Shown here piece by piece: positions 27,569 through 37,635 of a stretch of DNA of 64,000 nucleotides. The notes under the pieces were generated by a model that was not told the origin of the DNA, made no database searches, and saw only the letters and a program-made list of their open reading frames with translations. Numbering within the stretch: position 1 is the first letter of the stretch; every line of letters starts with the position of its first letter. A program made the translations under genes and the position numbers. Source of the DNA: Armatimonadota bacterium (lineage in GTDB: Bacteria > Armatimonadota > SYMT01); contig JAWLHY010000010.1 of NCBI GenBank assembly GCA_041690135.1, positions 299,511 through 363,510 on the forward strand, read 5' to 3'.

Positions 27569-30277
27569 ATGAGAAGCCGGGTCGTTCCAATACTCCTTAC
27601 GGCGCTCGTCGCGGCGGCGGCGCATGCCGCGCCTGCGACACGTTCTGGACACACCGACGCACGCGCGGCTAAGCCCAGCGTAGTGCCCAGGCTGGTCGTT
27701 ACCCCCACGAGTTTCCGGCTGGCGGATCCGGATGCCCGGCAGCAGCTTGTGGTCACGCAGAAGGCAGCGGATGGCCGACTCCTGGAGCGGACCGGGAGTG
27801 CGAAGTTCGTGAGCCTGGACCCGAAGGTGGCGCAGGTATCCGCTTCGGGATTGGTAACGCCGGTGAGGGATGGGGTGGCCCGGATCCGGGCGCGCTGGAA
27901 CGCCGGCGTGACCGATGCGGTCGTATCGGTAGAGGTGCGCAACGCCCGGCCCCCAAGCTTCACGCGCGATATCCAGCCGCTGCTGACCGCCGCGGGCTGC
28001 AACGGCGGCACCTGCCACGGAAAGGCGGAAGGGCAGGCCGGCTTCCGACTCTCCCTGTTCGGCTACGATCCGGAGTTCGATTACGAAACGATCGTCAAGG
28101 CTTCCGGAGGCCGCCGGGTGGCTCGCCTCGATGCGGCCCGGAGCCTGCTGCTGTTGAAGGCCACCTCGCAAGTTCCGCACGGCGGCGGACTGCGACTGCG
28201 ACCCGGCTCCCGGCCCTATCGGCTCCTTACCCGCTGGATCGCTTCCGCCGCTCCCTACCGCGGCGACGGGGAACCGGGTCTGACCGGCATCACGGTGTAC
28301 CCGCCGGAGCGTTCCCTTGGCCTGAACGCTTCCCAGCGACTGATCGTCACCGCGCGCTACGCGGACGGTTCCACGCGCGACGTCACCCACGAGGCAAAGT
28401 ACACCTCCAATAACCCGGCGATCCTGAACGTGGATGAAGAGGGCCGCGCTACCAGTCGCGATCTCCCCGGCGCTGCCGCCGTGATGGCCAGCTACCAGGG
28501 CCTCCTCGCCACCAGCCGGATCCTGGTGCCCCGCAGCGCCACCGGCCCCACACCGGCCCTGCCCCCGGCAGACAGCTACATCGATCGTCTCGTGTGGTCC
28601 CGCCTGGCCAAGCTGCGCATCCAGCCTTCCGAACCGGCCACCGACGAAGAGTTCCTTCGCCGCGCTTACCTCGATCTCATCGGCACCCTGCCCACCGTCG
28701 CCGAAACACGCGCATTTCTGGCAGAGTGCGAAGCAGAACGCAAGGCGGGTGCCGAGAACAGAGCGAAGGGGGGCAGGGGGCAGGGGGCGGGGGGGCTTGG
28801 AGGACAGGGCAGGTACGGTTTGGCAGGACGCAGGGGGGCAAAAGTGCTGGGTGCGAGGGGGAAGGGAGCCCTGTTAACTGCAGCCACATCTGAATCCCGC
28901 GGTTCGGGTTACGCATTACGTAATACGCATTACTCTGCCGCCGCTAACCCACCGCCCGCTCTGAAAACCCGCGCCAAGTTAGTTGACGAGCTGTTACGGC
29001 GCCCCGAATACGCCGACTTCTGGGCCTTGAAGTGGGCCGACGTCCTGCGGGTGGACAAGCGGAAGCTGGGGGCTAAGGGAGCGCACGGCTTTTACCAGTG
29101 GCTGCGGAGCGCCGTGGCGGAGAACCTTCCGTACCACCAGTTCGTGCGGGAGATCGTCACCGCCAGCGGCAGTTCGGCAGAGAATGGGGCCGTCAACCTG
29201 TTCCGGGTGCTGGAGAAGCCGGAGGAGACCGCCAGCAGCCTGAGCCAGGTCTTTCTGGGCGTGCGGATCGAGTGCGCCCAGTGCCACCACCACCCGTTCG
29301 AGAAGTGGAGCCAGGACGACTACTACGGGATGGTCGGCTTCTTCACCCGGTTAAAGAAGAAGGCGGACGGTCCCCACTCGATCCTCCTGGCTGCCGGCGG
29401 CAACGGGGAGGCGAAGCACCCGCGGACCGGCGAGACGGTCCCCCCGCACCCGCTTGAGGAGAAGCCAGAGGACCTTTCCAGCTTGCCGGACCGGCGGCTG
29501 CGGCTGGCCGATTGGATGGCCCATCCCAGCAACCGTTTCGTGCCCCGGATGCTGGTGAACCGGATCTGGGCGCATTTCCTGGGCCGGGGCATCGTGGAAC
29601 CCGTCGACGATTTCCGCGACACGAACCCGCCCAGCAACCCGGAGCTACTTGACGCGCTGACTAAAGACTTCGTACAGGGTGGTTACGACGTGCAACGGCT
29701 GATCCGCCGGATCATGAACTCGCAGGTCTACCAGCTATCCAGCCGAAGCAACCCGACCAACGCGGGCGACGAGCAGAGCTTCAGCCGCGCCTATCCGAAG
29801 CGTTTGATGGCGGAAGTGATGATGGATGCGGTGGCTTCGGTAACGGGAGTGCCGCCGGACCTGGGGGGCCTCCCCGCCGGCACCCGTGCCATCCAGGTGT
29901 GGGACAGCGAGTGGAGCACCCAGTGGCAGTCCTACTTCCTCAACATCTTCGGGCGGCCGGCTCGGAGCCATCCCTGTGAGTGCGAGCGTTCCCAGGAGCC
30001 GAGCATCGTCCAGGTGCTCCACCTGATGAACTCGCCGGAGATCCAGCAGCAGATCGCCGACCGCCGCGGCCGCGCGCGGGCGCTGGCCCGGAGCGATCGC
30101 ACACCCGGGCAGATCGTGGAGGAGCTGTTCCTCGCGGCGTATGCCCGCCGCCCCACGGCCGCGGAGGAGGCGCAGGCCCTTCTCACCTTCGAGCGCGCGG
30201 GCGGCGACCGCATCCGGGCCACGGAAGACGTGCTCTGGGCCCTGATGAACACGATGGAGTTTGTCTTCAACCACTAG
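27569..30277 (+). CDS. Ig-like (Big_2) + DUF1549 + DUF1553 protein with in-frame repeat insert
   Basis: GCNGGTCHGK, FLRRAYLDLIGTLPT, CAQCHHHPFEKW, PSNPELLD and EFVFNH motifs; insert at about 28727-28966. Confidence 0.95.
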   Translation: MRSRVVPILLTALVAAAAHAAPATRSGHTDARAAKPSVVPRLVVTPTSFRLADPDARQQLVVTQKAADGRLLERTGSAKFVSLDPKVAQVSASGLVTPVRDGVARIRARWNAGVTDAVVSVEVRNARPPSFTRDIQPLLTAAGCNGGTCHGKAEGQAGFRLSLFGYDPEFDYETIVKASGGRRVARLDAARSLLLLKATSQVPHGGGLRLRPGSRPYRLLTRWIASAAPYRGDGEPGLTGITVYPPERSLGLNASQRLIVTARYADGSTRDVTHEAKYTSNNPAILNVDEEGRATSRDLPGAAAVMASYQGLLATSRILVPRSATGPTPALPPADSYIDRLVWSRLAKLRIQPSEPATDEEFLRRAYLDLIGTLPTVAETRAFLAECEAERKAGAENRAKGGRGQGAGGLGGQGRYGLAGRRGAKVLGARGKGALLTAATSESRGSGYALRNTHYSAAANPPPALKTRAKLVDELLRRPEYADFWALKWADVLRVDKRKLGAKGAHGFYQWLRSAVAENLPYHQFVREIVTASGSSAENGAVNLFRVLEKPEETASSLSQVFLGVRIECAQCHHHPFEKWSQDDYYGMVGFFTRLKKKADGPHSILLAAGGNGEAKHPRTGETVPPHPLEEKPEDLSSLPDRRLRLADWMAHPSNRFVPRMLVNRIWAHFLGRGIVEPVDDFRDTNPPSNPELLDALTKDFVQGGYDVQRLIRRIMNSQVYQLSSRSNPTNAGDEQSFSRAYPKRLMAEVMMDAVASVTGVPPDLGGLPAGTRAIQVWDSEWSTQWQSYFLNIFGRPARSHPCECERSQEPSIVQVLHLMNSPEIQQQIADRRGRARALARSDRTPGQIVEELFLAAYARRPTAAEEAQALLTFERAGGDRIRATEDVLWALMNTMEFVFNH
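28727..28966 (+). repeat. In-frame heptamer-repeat cassette
   Basis: GGGGGCA-type x4 at 28769-28796 and TTACGCA-type x4 at 28909-28936. Confidence 0.75.
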
Positions 30278-30299
30278 AATTGAGTTCCAGGTTCATAGG

Positions 30300-30348
30300 A
30301 GCCTGCGGAGGCAGGCTTAGCTGTTTGTAGGCGCGAGTTCACTCGCCC
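30300..30348 (+). repeat. Bipartite REP-like element
   Basis: AGCCTGCGGAGGCAGGCT hairpin followed by GTAG-GCGCGAGTTCACTCGC hairpin. Confidence 0.65.
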
Positions 30349-30397
30349 AGCCGCAACTGCCACTATTGAACCATCTTTCTCCGCTTCGGAGGTCCGT

Positions 30398-31738
30398 ATG
30401 AAGGGTCGATACTGTGATGGAATCCGCCGCCGCGACCTGCTGCGGGTCGGTGCGCTGCCGGCCCTGGGGCTGGCCCTACCGGACCTCTTCCGGATGCAGG
30501 CGGCCGCCGCGGCGGAGACTCCCCGTGGGAAGGCGGGGCGCAAGGACATCAACTGCATCCTGATCTTTCAGGAGGGCGGTCCCAGCCAGCTCGAAACCTT
30601 CGACCTGAAGCCGGACGGACCGGTCGAGACCCGCGGTGAGTTCAAGCCGATCCGGACCAACGTACCCGGCTTCGACATCGCCGAGCACCTTCCCAAGCTG
30701 GCCCGGGTGGCGGACAAGTTCTCGGTCATCCGTTCGCTCACGCACACCAATGCCGGACACGGCGGCGGCGCGCACTACATGTGCACCGGGCGGCACCCCG
30801 CAGCCGGATTCCAGGAGGGGCTCACCCGGCCCAATAACCAGCATCCTTTCTTCGGCTCCGTGGTCTCCATGGCGCGGGGAGCCCGGCAGGACCTGCCGCC
30901 CTACATCAGTCTCCCCGCCCTGCTCACCTACGGCGGACCGGCTTTCCTCGGCCCCGGCTACATGCCGTTCGTCATCGAGAGCGACCCGGCCTCGCCCAGC
31001 TTCAGCGTCCGCGATCTGCGGACCGCCCCCGGCATCGAGGCGGCCCGGCGAGAAGAACGGCAGCGGCTCCGCGCGGCCCTGGATGCCCGCGGGAAGGAGC
31101 GCCTGGCGAAGCCGAACCCGAAGGTCGCCGCCCTCGACACCTTCTACCAAAAAGCCTTCGACCTGGTGACCAGCACCGCCGCCCAGCGCGCCTTCAACCT
31201 GGAGAGTGAGCCGGCGAAGGTCCGCGATATTTACAGCCGCACCACTTTCGGACAGAGCTGCCTCCTGGCACGACGCCTGGTGGAGGCCGGCACCCGCTTC
31301 GTGGCAATCGAACACGCGGGGTGGGACAACCACACGACGATCTTCCCCACGCTGAAGGACGACCTACTTCCGGAAATGGACACCGGCATCGCCACCCTGC
31401 TGAGTGACCTGGACCAGCGCGGCCTGCTCGACACCACGCTCGTGGTGGCGTTCGGCGAGTTCGGCCGAACGCCCAAAATCAATAAGGACGGCGGTCGCGA
31501 CCACTGGCCTAACGTCGGCTCCGTGCTCATCGCGGGTGGCGGCATCAAGAACGGGCGGATTGTCGGCGCTACCGACCGCGCCTCCGAGTTCCCCACCGAG
31601 CGCCCCGTCAAGCCGGAGGACCTCGCGGCCACGCTCTACCAGTGCCTGGGGGTCGACCCGAAGATGATCGTGGAAACTCCGCTCGGCCGGCCCGTGCAGA
31701 TCGTCACCGACGGCGAGCCCGTCCATGAACTCCTCTAA
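30398..31738 (+). CDS. DUF1501 domain protein
   Basis: RRRDLL; GGPSQLETFDLKP, LLARRLVEAG, WDNH and GEFGRTPKIN..GRDHW motifs. Confidence 0.95.
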   Translation: MKGRYCDGIRRRDLLRVGALPALGLALPDLFRMQAAAAAETPRGKAGRKDINCILIFQEGGPSQLETFDLKPDGPVETRGEFKPIRTNVPGFDIAEHLPKLARVADKFSVIRSLTHTNAGHGGGAHYMCTGRHPAAGFQEGLTRPNNQHPFFGSVVSMARGARQDLPPYISLPALLTYGGPAFLGPGYMPFVIESDPASPSFSVRDLRTAPGIEAARREERQRLRAALDARGKERLAKPNPKVAALDTFYQKAFDLVTSTAAQRAFNLESEPAKVRDIYSRTTFGQSCLLARRLVEAGTRFVAIEHAGWDNHTTIFPTLKDDLLPEMDTGIATLLSDLDQRGLLDTTLVVAFGEFGRTPKINKDGGRDHWPNVGSVLIAGGGIKNGRIVGATDRASEFPTERPVKPEDLAATLYQCLGVDPKMIVETPLGRPVQIVTDGEPVHELL

Positions 31739-31744
31739 TGGATA

Positions 31745-34147
31745 ATGATAAGGATGAGGATAAGGATCTGGATACCACTGGTTGGCCTGTGCAGTGCGAG
31801 TGGGGCACTGGCGCAGAGTAGTGAGCCGAACCATGCCTACCTTTTCCCGGCGGGCGGACAGCGCGGGACGCAGGTGACCGTGCGAGTGGAAGGAGAGAAC
31901 ATCACCCGCGCCTGTGATTTCCACCTGCGGCCCACCCCAGGGGTATCCGCGCCGGCGCAGACCCGCGAGCGACAGATCACTCTCAAGCTGGATAAGAGCG
32001 CGCCCCTGGGCACCGTTCCCTGGCGCATCGCCACTGCGAACGGCGGCACCGGCAGCCGGGGGTTCGTGGTGGGCGACTACCCGGAAGTCCTGGAAGACGA
32101 GAAAGGACCCCACTCCAAGAGCGCTCAACCGGTGGGCCTCCCGGTAACGGTTAACGGGCGGGTCGATCCCCAGGCCGATGTCGACCGGTTTAGCTTCGAG
32201 CTCGAGGCAGGACAGCGCTTCTTCGCCGAGGTGATGGCGGCCCGGCTGGGAGGCCCCATCGACACCAACGTCTTCACCGGCCAGTTCGGCAACCCGCCCG
32301 GCGACATCACCTACAAGCAGCTCGACGCCAGCCTGAAAGTCTACGGTCCGGATGGCAAACTCGTCGCGCAGGCGGAGGATACCTTCGGGCTCGACCCGGC
32401 CGTAGGCTTCCGCGCGCCCGTCAAGGGGCGGTATGTGGCGGAGATCCATCACCTGGCGCATGCGGGCATGCCGCAGTTCGTGTACCGGCTCACCCTGGCG
32501 CCGGGCGCGCTGGTCGAGGCCATTTACCCCGCGGGCGGGCGTCGCGGCACCAGCGATGCCGTGGCGCTGGTGAGCCCGGCCTTCCCCCCCGCCGGGGATG
32601 GCGATCAACAACTCGGCGACGTTTCGCAGACCCTGCGGTTCGCGGCAAGCGAGGGGACCTGCGAGATGCCCGCCCGGCTGACCGCAGGCGGTGGGATGTC
32701 CAACCTGATTCCGCTGCGGGTGGGAGATCATCCCGAAGTTCGGGAAGCCGAGCCGAACGACCGTCCGGAACAGGCGGCCCGGGTAACCCTGCCCGCCACG
32801 GTGAACGGCCGCTTCCTCACTCCCGGTGATACGGACCTCTTCCGCGTACGTCTCCGCAAGGGCGAAACCTGGCGCTTCGATGCCTGGGTGGCGCGCGTGG
32901 GCTCTCCCACCGATGCCGACCTTTCGCTGATCGATGCCGGTGGGAGAGTGGTCGCGACCAACGACGATGGCGTCCCCGGCACGCATGACCCACGCTTCTG
33001 GTACACCGCTCCTGCCGACGGAGAGTATCTGCTGCAGATCCGTGAGACCGGCATGAGCCGCCTGGGAGAGCGCCTGGTCTACCGGTTGGAAGCGCACCCC
33101 CAGGCCCCGGACTTCGAGCTGGAAGCCGGGCCCGAGGCAGCGGATCTCGCCGGCGGCGGATCGGTGGAATTCAAAGTCACCGTGCGGCGGCTCGGCGGGT
33201 TCGCAGGTGCTCTCACCCTTGCGGCGGAAGGGCTTCCATCCGGGGTGACCTGTGCTCCCCTGACGTTAACTGAAAAGCAGGATAAGGGGACACTCAAGCT
33301 CACGGCTGCCGCGGACGCTCGACCCGGCAGCGGCCCCATCCAGATCGTGGCCCGGGGAACCCTGGCCGGTGGAGGGGCAACTCGAACCGCCTCAATACCG
33401 GTGACCAACCCGGCCGAGGTGGCCCTGGGCTCCGCCCCGCGCTACCGGGACGACCTGCTGCTCACCGTCCGCTATCCCACCCCTTTCAAGATCGAAGCGG
33501 ACGACAGCTACGTCTTCATGAACCTCGGCACGCTCTACCCAGCCAAAGTGACCGTCTCCCGGGAGCCCGGGTTTACGGCGCCGCTCACCTTCAACGCCGC
33601 CGACCGTCAGCCGCGCGACCCGCAGGGCATCACCTTCGCGCCGATCGTGGTTACCGATCAGAAGAACGAGATCTTCTTCCCCATGCGGCTGCCTCAGGGC
33701 CCGCGCGGCAACCCCATCGTGCGGATGTACGTGAAGGCGGAGGCCGTGGTGAAGGACGCGGAAGGCCGGGAGTGGCACCTCTTGCAGACCTCACCCAAGC
33801 AGGTGGTGCTGCGCACACAGGCGCCGGTGTTCAGCCTGGACGTGGAGCCCGCCGTGATCCGCGCCAAACCAGGAACACCGGTATCCGTTCGTTTCCGCCT
33901 GGGCCGCACGGCCTCCGTACCCGGTGAGGCCGAGATCCGCCTTTCCGCACCGGGGGAGATGCGGGGGGTCACCCTGAATACGGTGCGCGTGAAGACAGGG
34001 ACTTCGGAGACGGAAGGATTGCTGCGGATCGCTCCCGGAGCCACCCTGGGACCCGACAACCGCCTCTGGTTCGAAGCGAGCACGAAACGCAGCGATACGG
34101 GCCACACCGTCTTCTTCCGCGTGCCCGTGGAGCTGGACCTGCTGTAG
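31745..34147 (+). CDS. Pre-peptidase C-terminal (PPC) domain protein
   Basis: FPAGGQRGT, VTVNGR...DVDRF, EAEPND, NDD..DP and YRL motifs; signal peptide. Confidence 0.9.
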   Translation: MIRMRIRIWIPLVGLCSASGALAQSSEPNHAYLFPAGGQRGTQVTVRVEGENITRACDFHLRPTPGVSAPAQTRERQITLKLDKSAPLGTVPWRIATANGGTGSRGFVVGDYPEVLEDEKGPHSKSAQPVGLPVTVNGRVDPQADVDRFSFELEAGQRFFAEVMAARLGGPIDTNVFTGQFGNPPGDITYKQLDASLKVYGPDGKLVAQAEDTFGLDPAVGFRAPVKGRYVAEIHHLAHAGMPQFVYRLTLAPGALVEAIYPAGGRRGTSDAVALVSPAFPPAGDGDQQLGDVSQTLRFAASEGTCEMPARLTAGGGMSNLIPLRVGDHPEVREAEPNDRPEQAARVTLPATVNGRFLTPGDTDLFRVRLRKGETWRFDAWVARVGSPTDADLSLIDAGGRVVATNDDGVPGTHDPRFWYTAPADGEYLLQIRETGMSRLGERLVYRLEAHPQAPDFELEAGPEAADLAGGGSVEFKVTVRRLGGFAGALTLAAEGLPSGVTCAPLTLTEKQDKGTLKLTAAADARPGSGPIQIVARGTLAGGGATRTASIPVTNPAEVALGSAPRYRDDLLLTVRYPTPFKIEADDSYVFMNLGTLYPAKVTVSREPGFTAPLTFNAADRQPRDPQGITFAPIVVTDQKNEIFFPMRLPQGPRGNPIVRMYVKAEAVVKDAEGREWHLLQTSPKQVVLRTQAPVFSLDVEPAVIRAKPGTPVSVRFRLGRTASVPGEAEIRLSAPGEMRGVTLNTVRVKTGTSETEGLLRIAPGATLGPDNRLWFEASTKRSDTGHTVFFRVPVELDLL

Positions 34148-34153
34148 CTGCCG

Positions 34154-34885
34154 TTACAGGCGGGATGGCAGCAAGACCAGTTCGGGCACGTGGCAGCGGG
34201 GAGGTAGGGAGGCCACGAAGAGGCACGCCTCCGCCACATCTTCCGGCTGGAGGGCGTGCTGCATCACCTCGGGCGGGGTAGGCACGGGGCGTTTCAGCAC
34301 GAGCTCCGTATCGCAGAGTCCGGGGTAGATGACGCTGGTCCGGATCCCGTTCGCCTTCTCCTCCGCCATCGCTCCGGCGGCGATCCCGTCCAGGCCCGCC
34401 TTGGAGGCCTGGTAGGCGATCCCCGAAACATCTCCGTGCTTCACGGCTCCCGTGGAGAGGTATACGATCAGCCCATCCCCCTGCTCGCGCATCACCGGCA
34501 CGGCCAGTTGCGTGCAGTGGTAAGCGCCCGTGACGTTGGTCGCCAGCATCTCTTCCCACATTTCCGGAGTGAGGCGGTCCAGGGAACGGTCCGGGATGTT
34601 CGTGCCCGTGGCGTACACCAGGATATCGATCCGGCCGAATTGGGCCCGTGTCAGGTTGATCAGGCCGGTCACCGCTTCGCGGTCGCGGACGTCGCAGGGC
34701 ACGCCCAACGCCACCTGGCCCGTTTCCGCGACGATCTGCTCGCCCAATTCCTGCAGCAACCCGGCCCGCCGACCGGCCAGCGACAGGCGCGCCCCCTCAC
34801 GCGCAAAGAGCAAAGCCGTCGCACGGCCCATACCGCTCGTGGCGCCCACGACCACCGCTACCTTACCCGTAAGCTTTCCCGCCAT
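34154..34885 (-). CDS. SDR family oxidoreductase
   Basis: GATSGMG, YQASK and LQPEDVA motifs. Confidence 0.93.
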   Translation of the reverse strand: MAGKLTGKVAVVVGATSGMGRATALLFAREGARLSLAGRRAGLLQELGEQIVAETGQVALGVPCDVRDREAVTGLINLTRAQFGRIDILVYATGTNIPDRSLDRLTPEMWEEMLATNVTGAYHCTQLAVPVMREQGDGLIVYLSTGAVKHGDVSGIAYQASKAGLDGIAAGAMAEEKANGIRTSVIYPGLCDTELVLKRPVPTPPEVMQHALQPEDVAEACLFVASLPPRCHVPELVLLPSRL

Positions 34886-35034
34886 GACCCGTCCTCCCCT
34901 AGACCATCCGACGGGAGAAACGTTCCTTATCGGGGGAAGAGGTTCCTACCTCGAAACCGCGGCCCCATCGAGCGAGGTCGCCAGGCTCGCCCGACGAGGC
35001 CGCTCCGATCCACCCCCCACCCCTATCCCCCACT

Positions 35035-35619
35035 TTACGAGCGGGGTTGGAGCGTGAAGTGACCCGCCAGCGCGTCTCCCGGAGGAGGCCCCTCGTTCGT
35101 AAACAGGACGTGGGCAAAGATCTCCTCACGCGAGACGAGTCCGAACTGGCGGCTGTCGGTCGAGACGGCGCGGTGATCTCCGAGCATGAAGTAGTGATCT
35201 TTCGGGACCGTCCGGCGAATCAGTTTGTAGGAGGTGGACCAGGGCTTCCGCTGCATCGCCCGCTGCAGTTTCGGCAGTTGAAAGGCAGCCACGAGCATGT
35301 CATCCTTACACTCGCCCAGGCCGGGATCGCGCGTTCGGAGCAGGTAGATCGTGTCCCCCGGACCGGCGACGACTCGCTTGACGTAGTTGACATTGTTCTT
35401 CCGGAAGACAACCACGTCCCCTCGTTGCACCGGTTGATGCAGGTAATGGGTGCGGTCCATCAGGTAGACCTGTCCGTGCCGGAGGGTCGGCTCCATGCTG
35501 GTCCCATCCACCACTCCCAGCTTGAGGGGGGAGGCTAGCAAGGCGCCCGCCAATACGAAACCGAAGCAGTGGAGCCGCGTCGCACCGCGGCGAGTTCCCC
35601 ATCCCAGGCGGATCCGCAT
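35035..35619 (-). CDS. lepB: Signal peptidase I (S26)
   Basis: GTSMEPTL (Ser), YVKRVVAGPGD (Lys) and GDHRAVSTDSRQFG motifs. Confidence 0.88.
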   Translation of the reverse strand: MRIRLGWGTRRGATRLHCFGFVLAGALLASPLKLGVVDGTSMEPTLRHGQVYLMDRTHYLHQPVQRGDVVVFRKNNVNYVKRVVAGPGDTIYLLRTRDPGLGECKDDMLVAAFQLPKLQRAMQRKPWSTSYKLIRRTVPKDHYFMLGDHRAVSTDSRQFGLVSREEIFAHVLFTNEGPPPGDALAGHFTLQPRS

Positions 35620-35809
35620 TTGAACACCTCGTCCTTCCCGCAAGCCCGCTAACCATCGCACGGACCGGCATCCGGTCACCCTGGCGGGCATCTACAGCAT
35701 AGACGGGGTTTCCTCCAGATCGTTGGGGCTAATGAACGACTAAAGTACTGGGGTGTTGTGTCTGGCACCCCGCACTTCCAGCAAGGATCGGAGAGGCTCG
35801 CGCGAACAA

Positions 35810-37438
35810 CTAAGGAGCGGATAACCGAATCCGCAGCAGTTCATGGCCCCCTCCGAGGTCGACCCGGTCCCACTGCTTTTGCCACAGGCCGATGTGGTAG
35901 GGCAGGTCCTCCCATGTACGGGAAAGGGCATAGGTGGGAAGCCCTTCCTGCCGGAGCTGCGTGGGGGTGGCCAGGCGGAGAAAGGAGAGGCGGGAAAACC
36001 CCGGAGGGAGGTGCGGCAGTTCCGCCACCACCTGCACCGTATCGGCCGCATACTCCGGCAGGAGATGCTGGACCGTCCGCAGGCCGTCCGTGGAGTTCCA
36101 GGAGACGAGCAGTCGCACCTGGCCGGGCGCATGGCGTGCCGCCAGGAAGCGGCGCAGGTTTCGGTAGTACTCCGCGTGGTCCCGGATTTCGGCGTGACTC
36201 AAGGAACGCTGCGCGAGTGGCCCCCAGCCGGGCCACCCGGCCAGGAATAATCCGGAGTTAGCGAGAGCGAGAAGGATCAGGCCTGCCGCAAATACAGGAG
36301 CCCGACCGTCGATCGGTTTCGCATGCCGCCCATTGCTGGTCGCGAAGCGGGCGGAGGGCCGAACTGTGGCTGCACTAAGCGCGGCGATGAGAAACCCCGC
36401 GTAAGTCAGCGCATACCCCGGCGAGTTGAAATGTCCTAACAGATAGAAGAGAGAGGCGGGCGTAATGATCAGAAAGCCAAGCACCCAGACCCGGAAGGGA
36501 ATCTCCGGCAGGACCCCGGCGCCGGCAGCGTGGGAGCCGTGCGAGGAACGCCGTGCTCCAATCAGGATCGCGAACGGCAAAAGCACCCATCCCGCGCCAA
36601 AGGCACTTTCGAGGCACCGGCGGTGGGTGATCCACGCCTCGTAGAGCGCCGGCCAGCCGGACACCAGCGCGCTGCTGCGGGAGAGGAGGTGTTCTTGTCC
36701 TCTCAGGCTCTCCACATACGCAGCCACCCCACCCGTATTGGCGATGTTGGGAACGAGCCAACCCAGGGTGACCAGGCCCGCTACCGCAAGGCTGGCCACT
36801 GGAACGCGGAGACGCGCAGCAAGCCCCTTGGGTTCACCCACACCGGAACCGGCCCAGAGTGCCCAGAGGTATGCAGGAACAAGGAACGCCACATCGGTCG
36901 GCCGGAAGCCACCCACCAGCCCCAACGTGGCTCCGGCCAGGACGGCATTGCCCGACCTGCCTTCCTTCAAATAGAGCAAGCAGGCGAGCGCGATGCCTGC
37001 CGTCAGAGCGCCGGTCGGGCCGTAATTCAACCCTACCGATCCGTAGAACCAGAAGAGTGGCGCCGTGGCAGCCGTCAGTGCTGCCAGCCCGCCGGCCATG
37101 GGTCCCCCGAGCTCCTTTCCCAGGCGGTACAACAGCAGGACATATCCGGACCCGGAAAGCGCGCTGATCAAGAGGAGCGCTGCGTGGGGATCCTGGGTCA
37201 GAAGGCGCGCAGCCCGGGCGAGCAGGACGTAGTAGAAACTACCGGGGGGATGCGGCTGATGGCTCCGGATGTCGTAGCGATCCAGCGCCAGCAGGTAGTG
37301 GACGGAGTCCCAGTTATAGACCACCGGCGTGCGGGTCCACCACCGCAGGGCTACCGCCGCCAGAGCCAGCACCGCCAGCATCAAGAAGCCGGGCGAGAGA
37401 TTGGGGAAACCGAACTTGCGTCGGGAAGCGAATATCAC
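35810..37438 (-). CDS. GT-C fold membrane glycosyltransferase (GT39/DUF2723-like)
   Basis: WDSVHY..AL..YD...HQPHPPG loop and multiple TM helices; start uncertain (37381 is an alternative). Confidence 0.8.
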   Translation of the reverse strand: MIFASRRKFGFPNLSPGFLMLAVLALAAVALRWWTRTPVVYNWDSVHYLLALDRYDIRSHQPHPPGSFYYVLLARAARLLTQDPHAALLLISALSGSGYVLLLYRLGKELGGPMAGGLAALTAATAPLFWFYGSVGLNYGPTGALTAGIALACLLYLKEGRSGNAVLAGATLGLVGGFRPTDVAFLVPAYLWALWAGSGVGEPKGLAARLRVPVASLAVAGLVTLGWLVPNIANTGGVAAYVESLRGQEHLLSRSSALVSGWPALYEAWITHRRCLESAFGAGWVLLPFAILIGARRSSHGSHAAGAGVLPEIPFRVWVLGFLIITPASLFYLLGHFNSPGYALTYAGFLIAALSAATVRPSARFATSNGRHAKPIDGRAPVFAAGLILLALANSGLFLAGWPGWGPLAQRSLSHAEIRDHAEYYRNLRRFLAARHAPGQVRLLVSWNSTDGLRTVQHLLPEYAADTVQVVAELPHLPPGFSRLSFLRLATPTQLRQEGLPTYALSRTWEDLPYHIGLWQKQWDRVDLGGGHELLRIRLSAP

Positions 37439-37635
37439 CGTTAAGCGCGCTCCCCCACGCGAGAAAGCAATCGTCCGCTCCGACAGGAATCAACGGGCCG
37501 ATAGGGAAAAACTGAACCGGGAGTGCTGTGCATCGGTCTATGGATTGGGCACTCCCCCTCCATAATCCTTGCTTCGTCACCCTTCGTTAACGGAACGGCC
37601 GTCCTGTCAGGGCCGTGAGGAGAGAAACAACAGGT

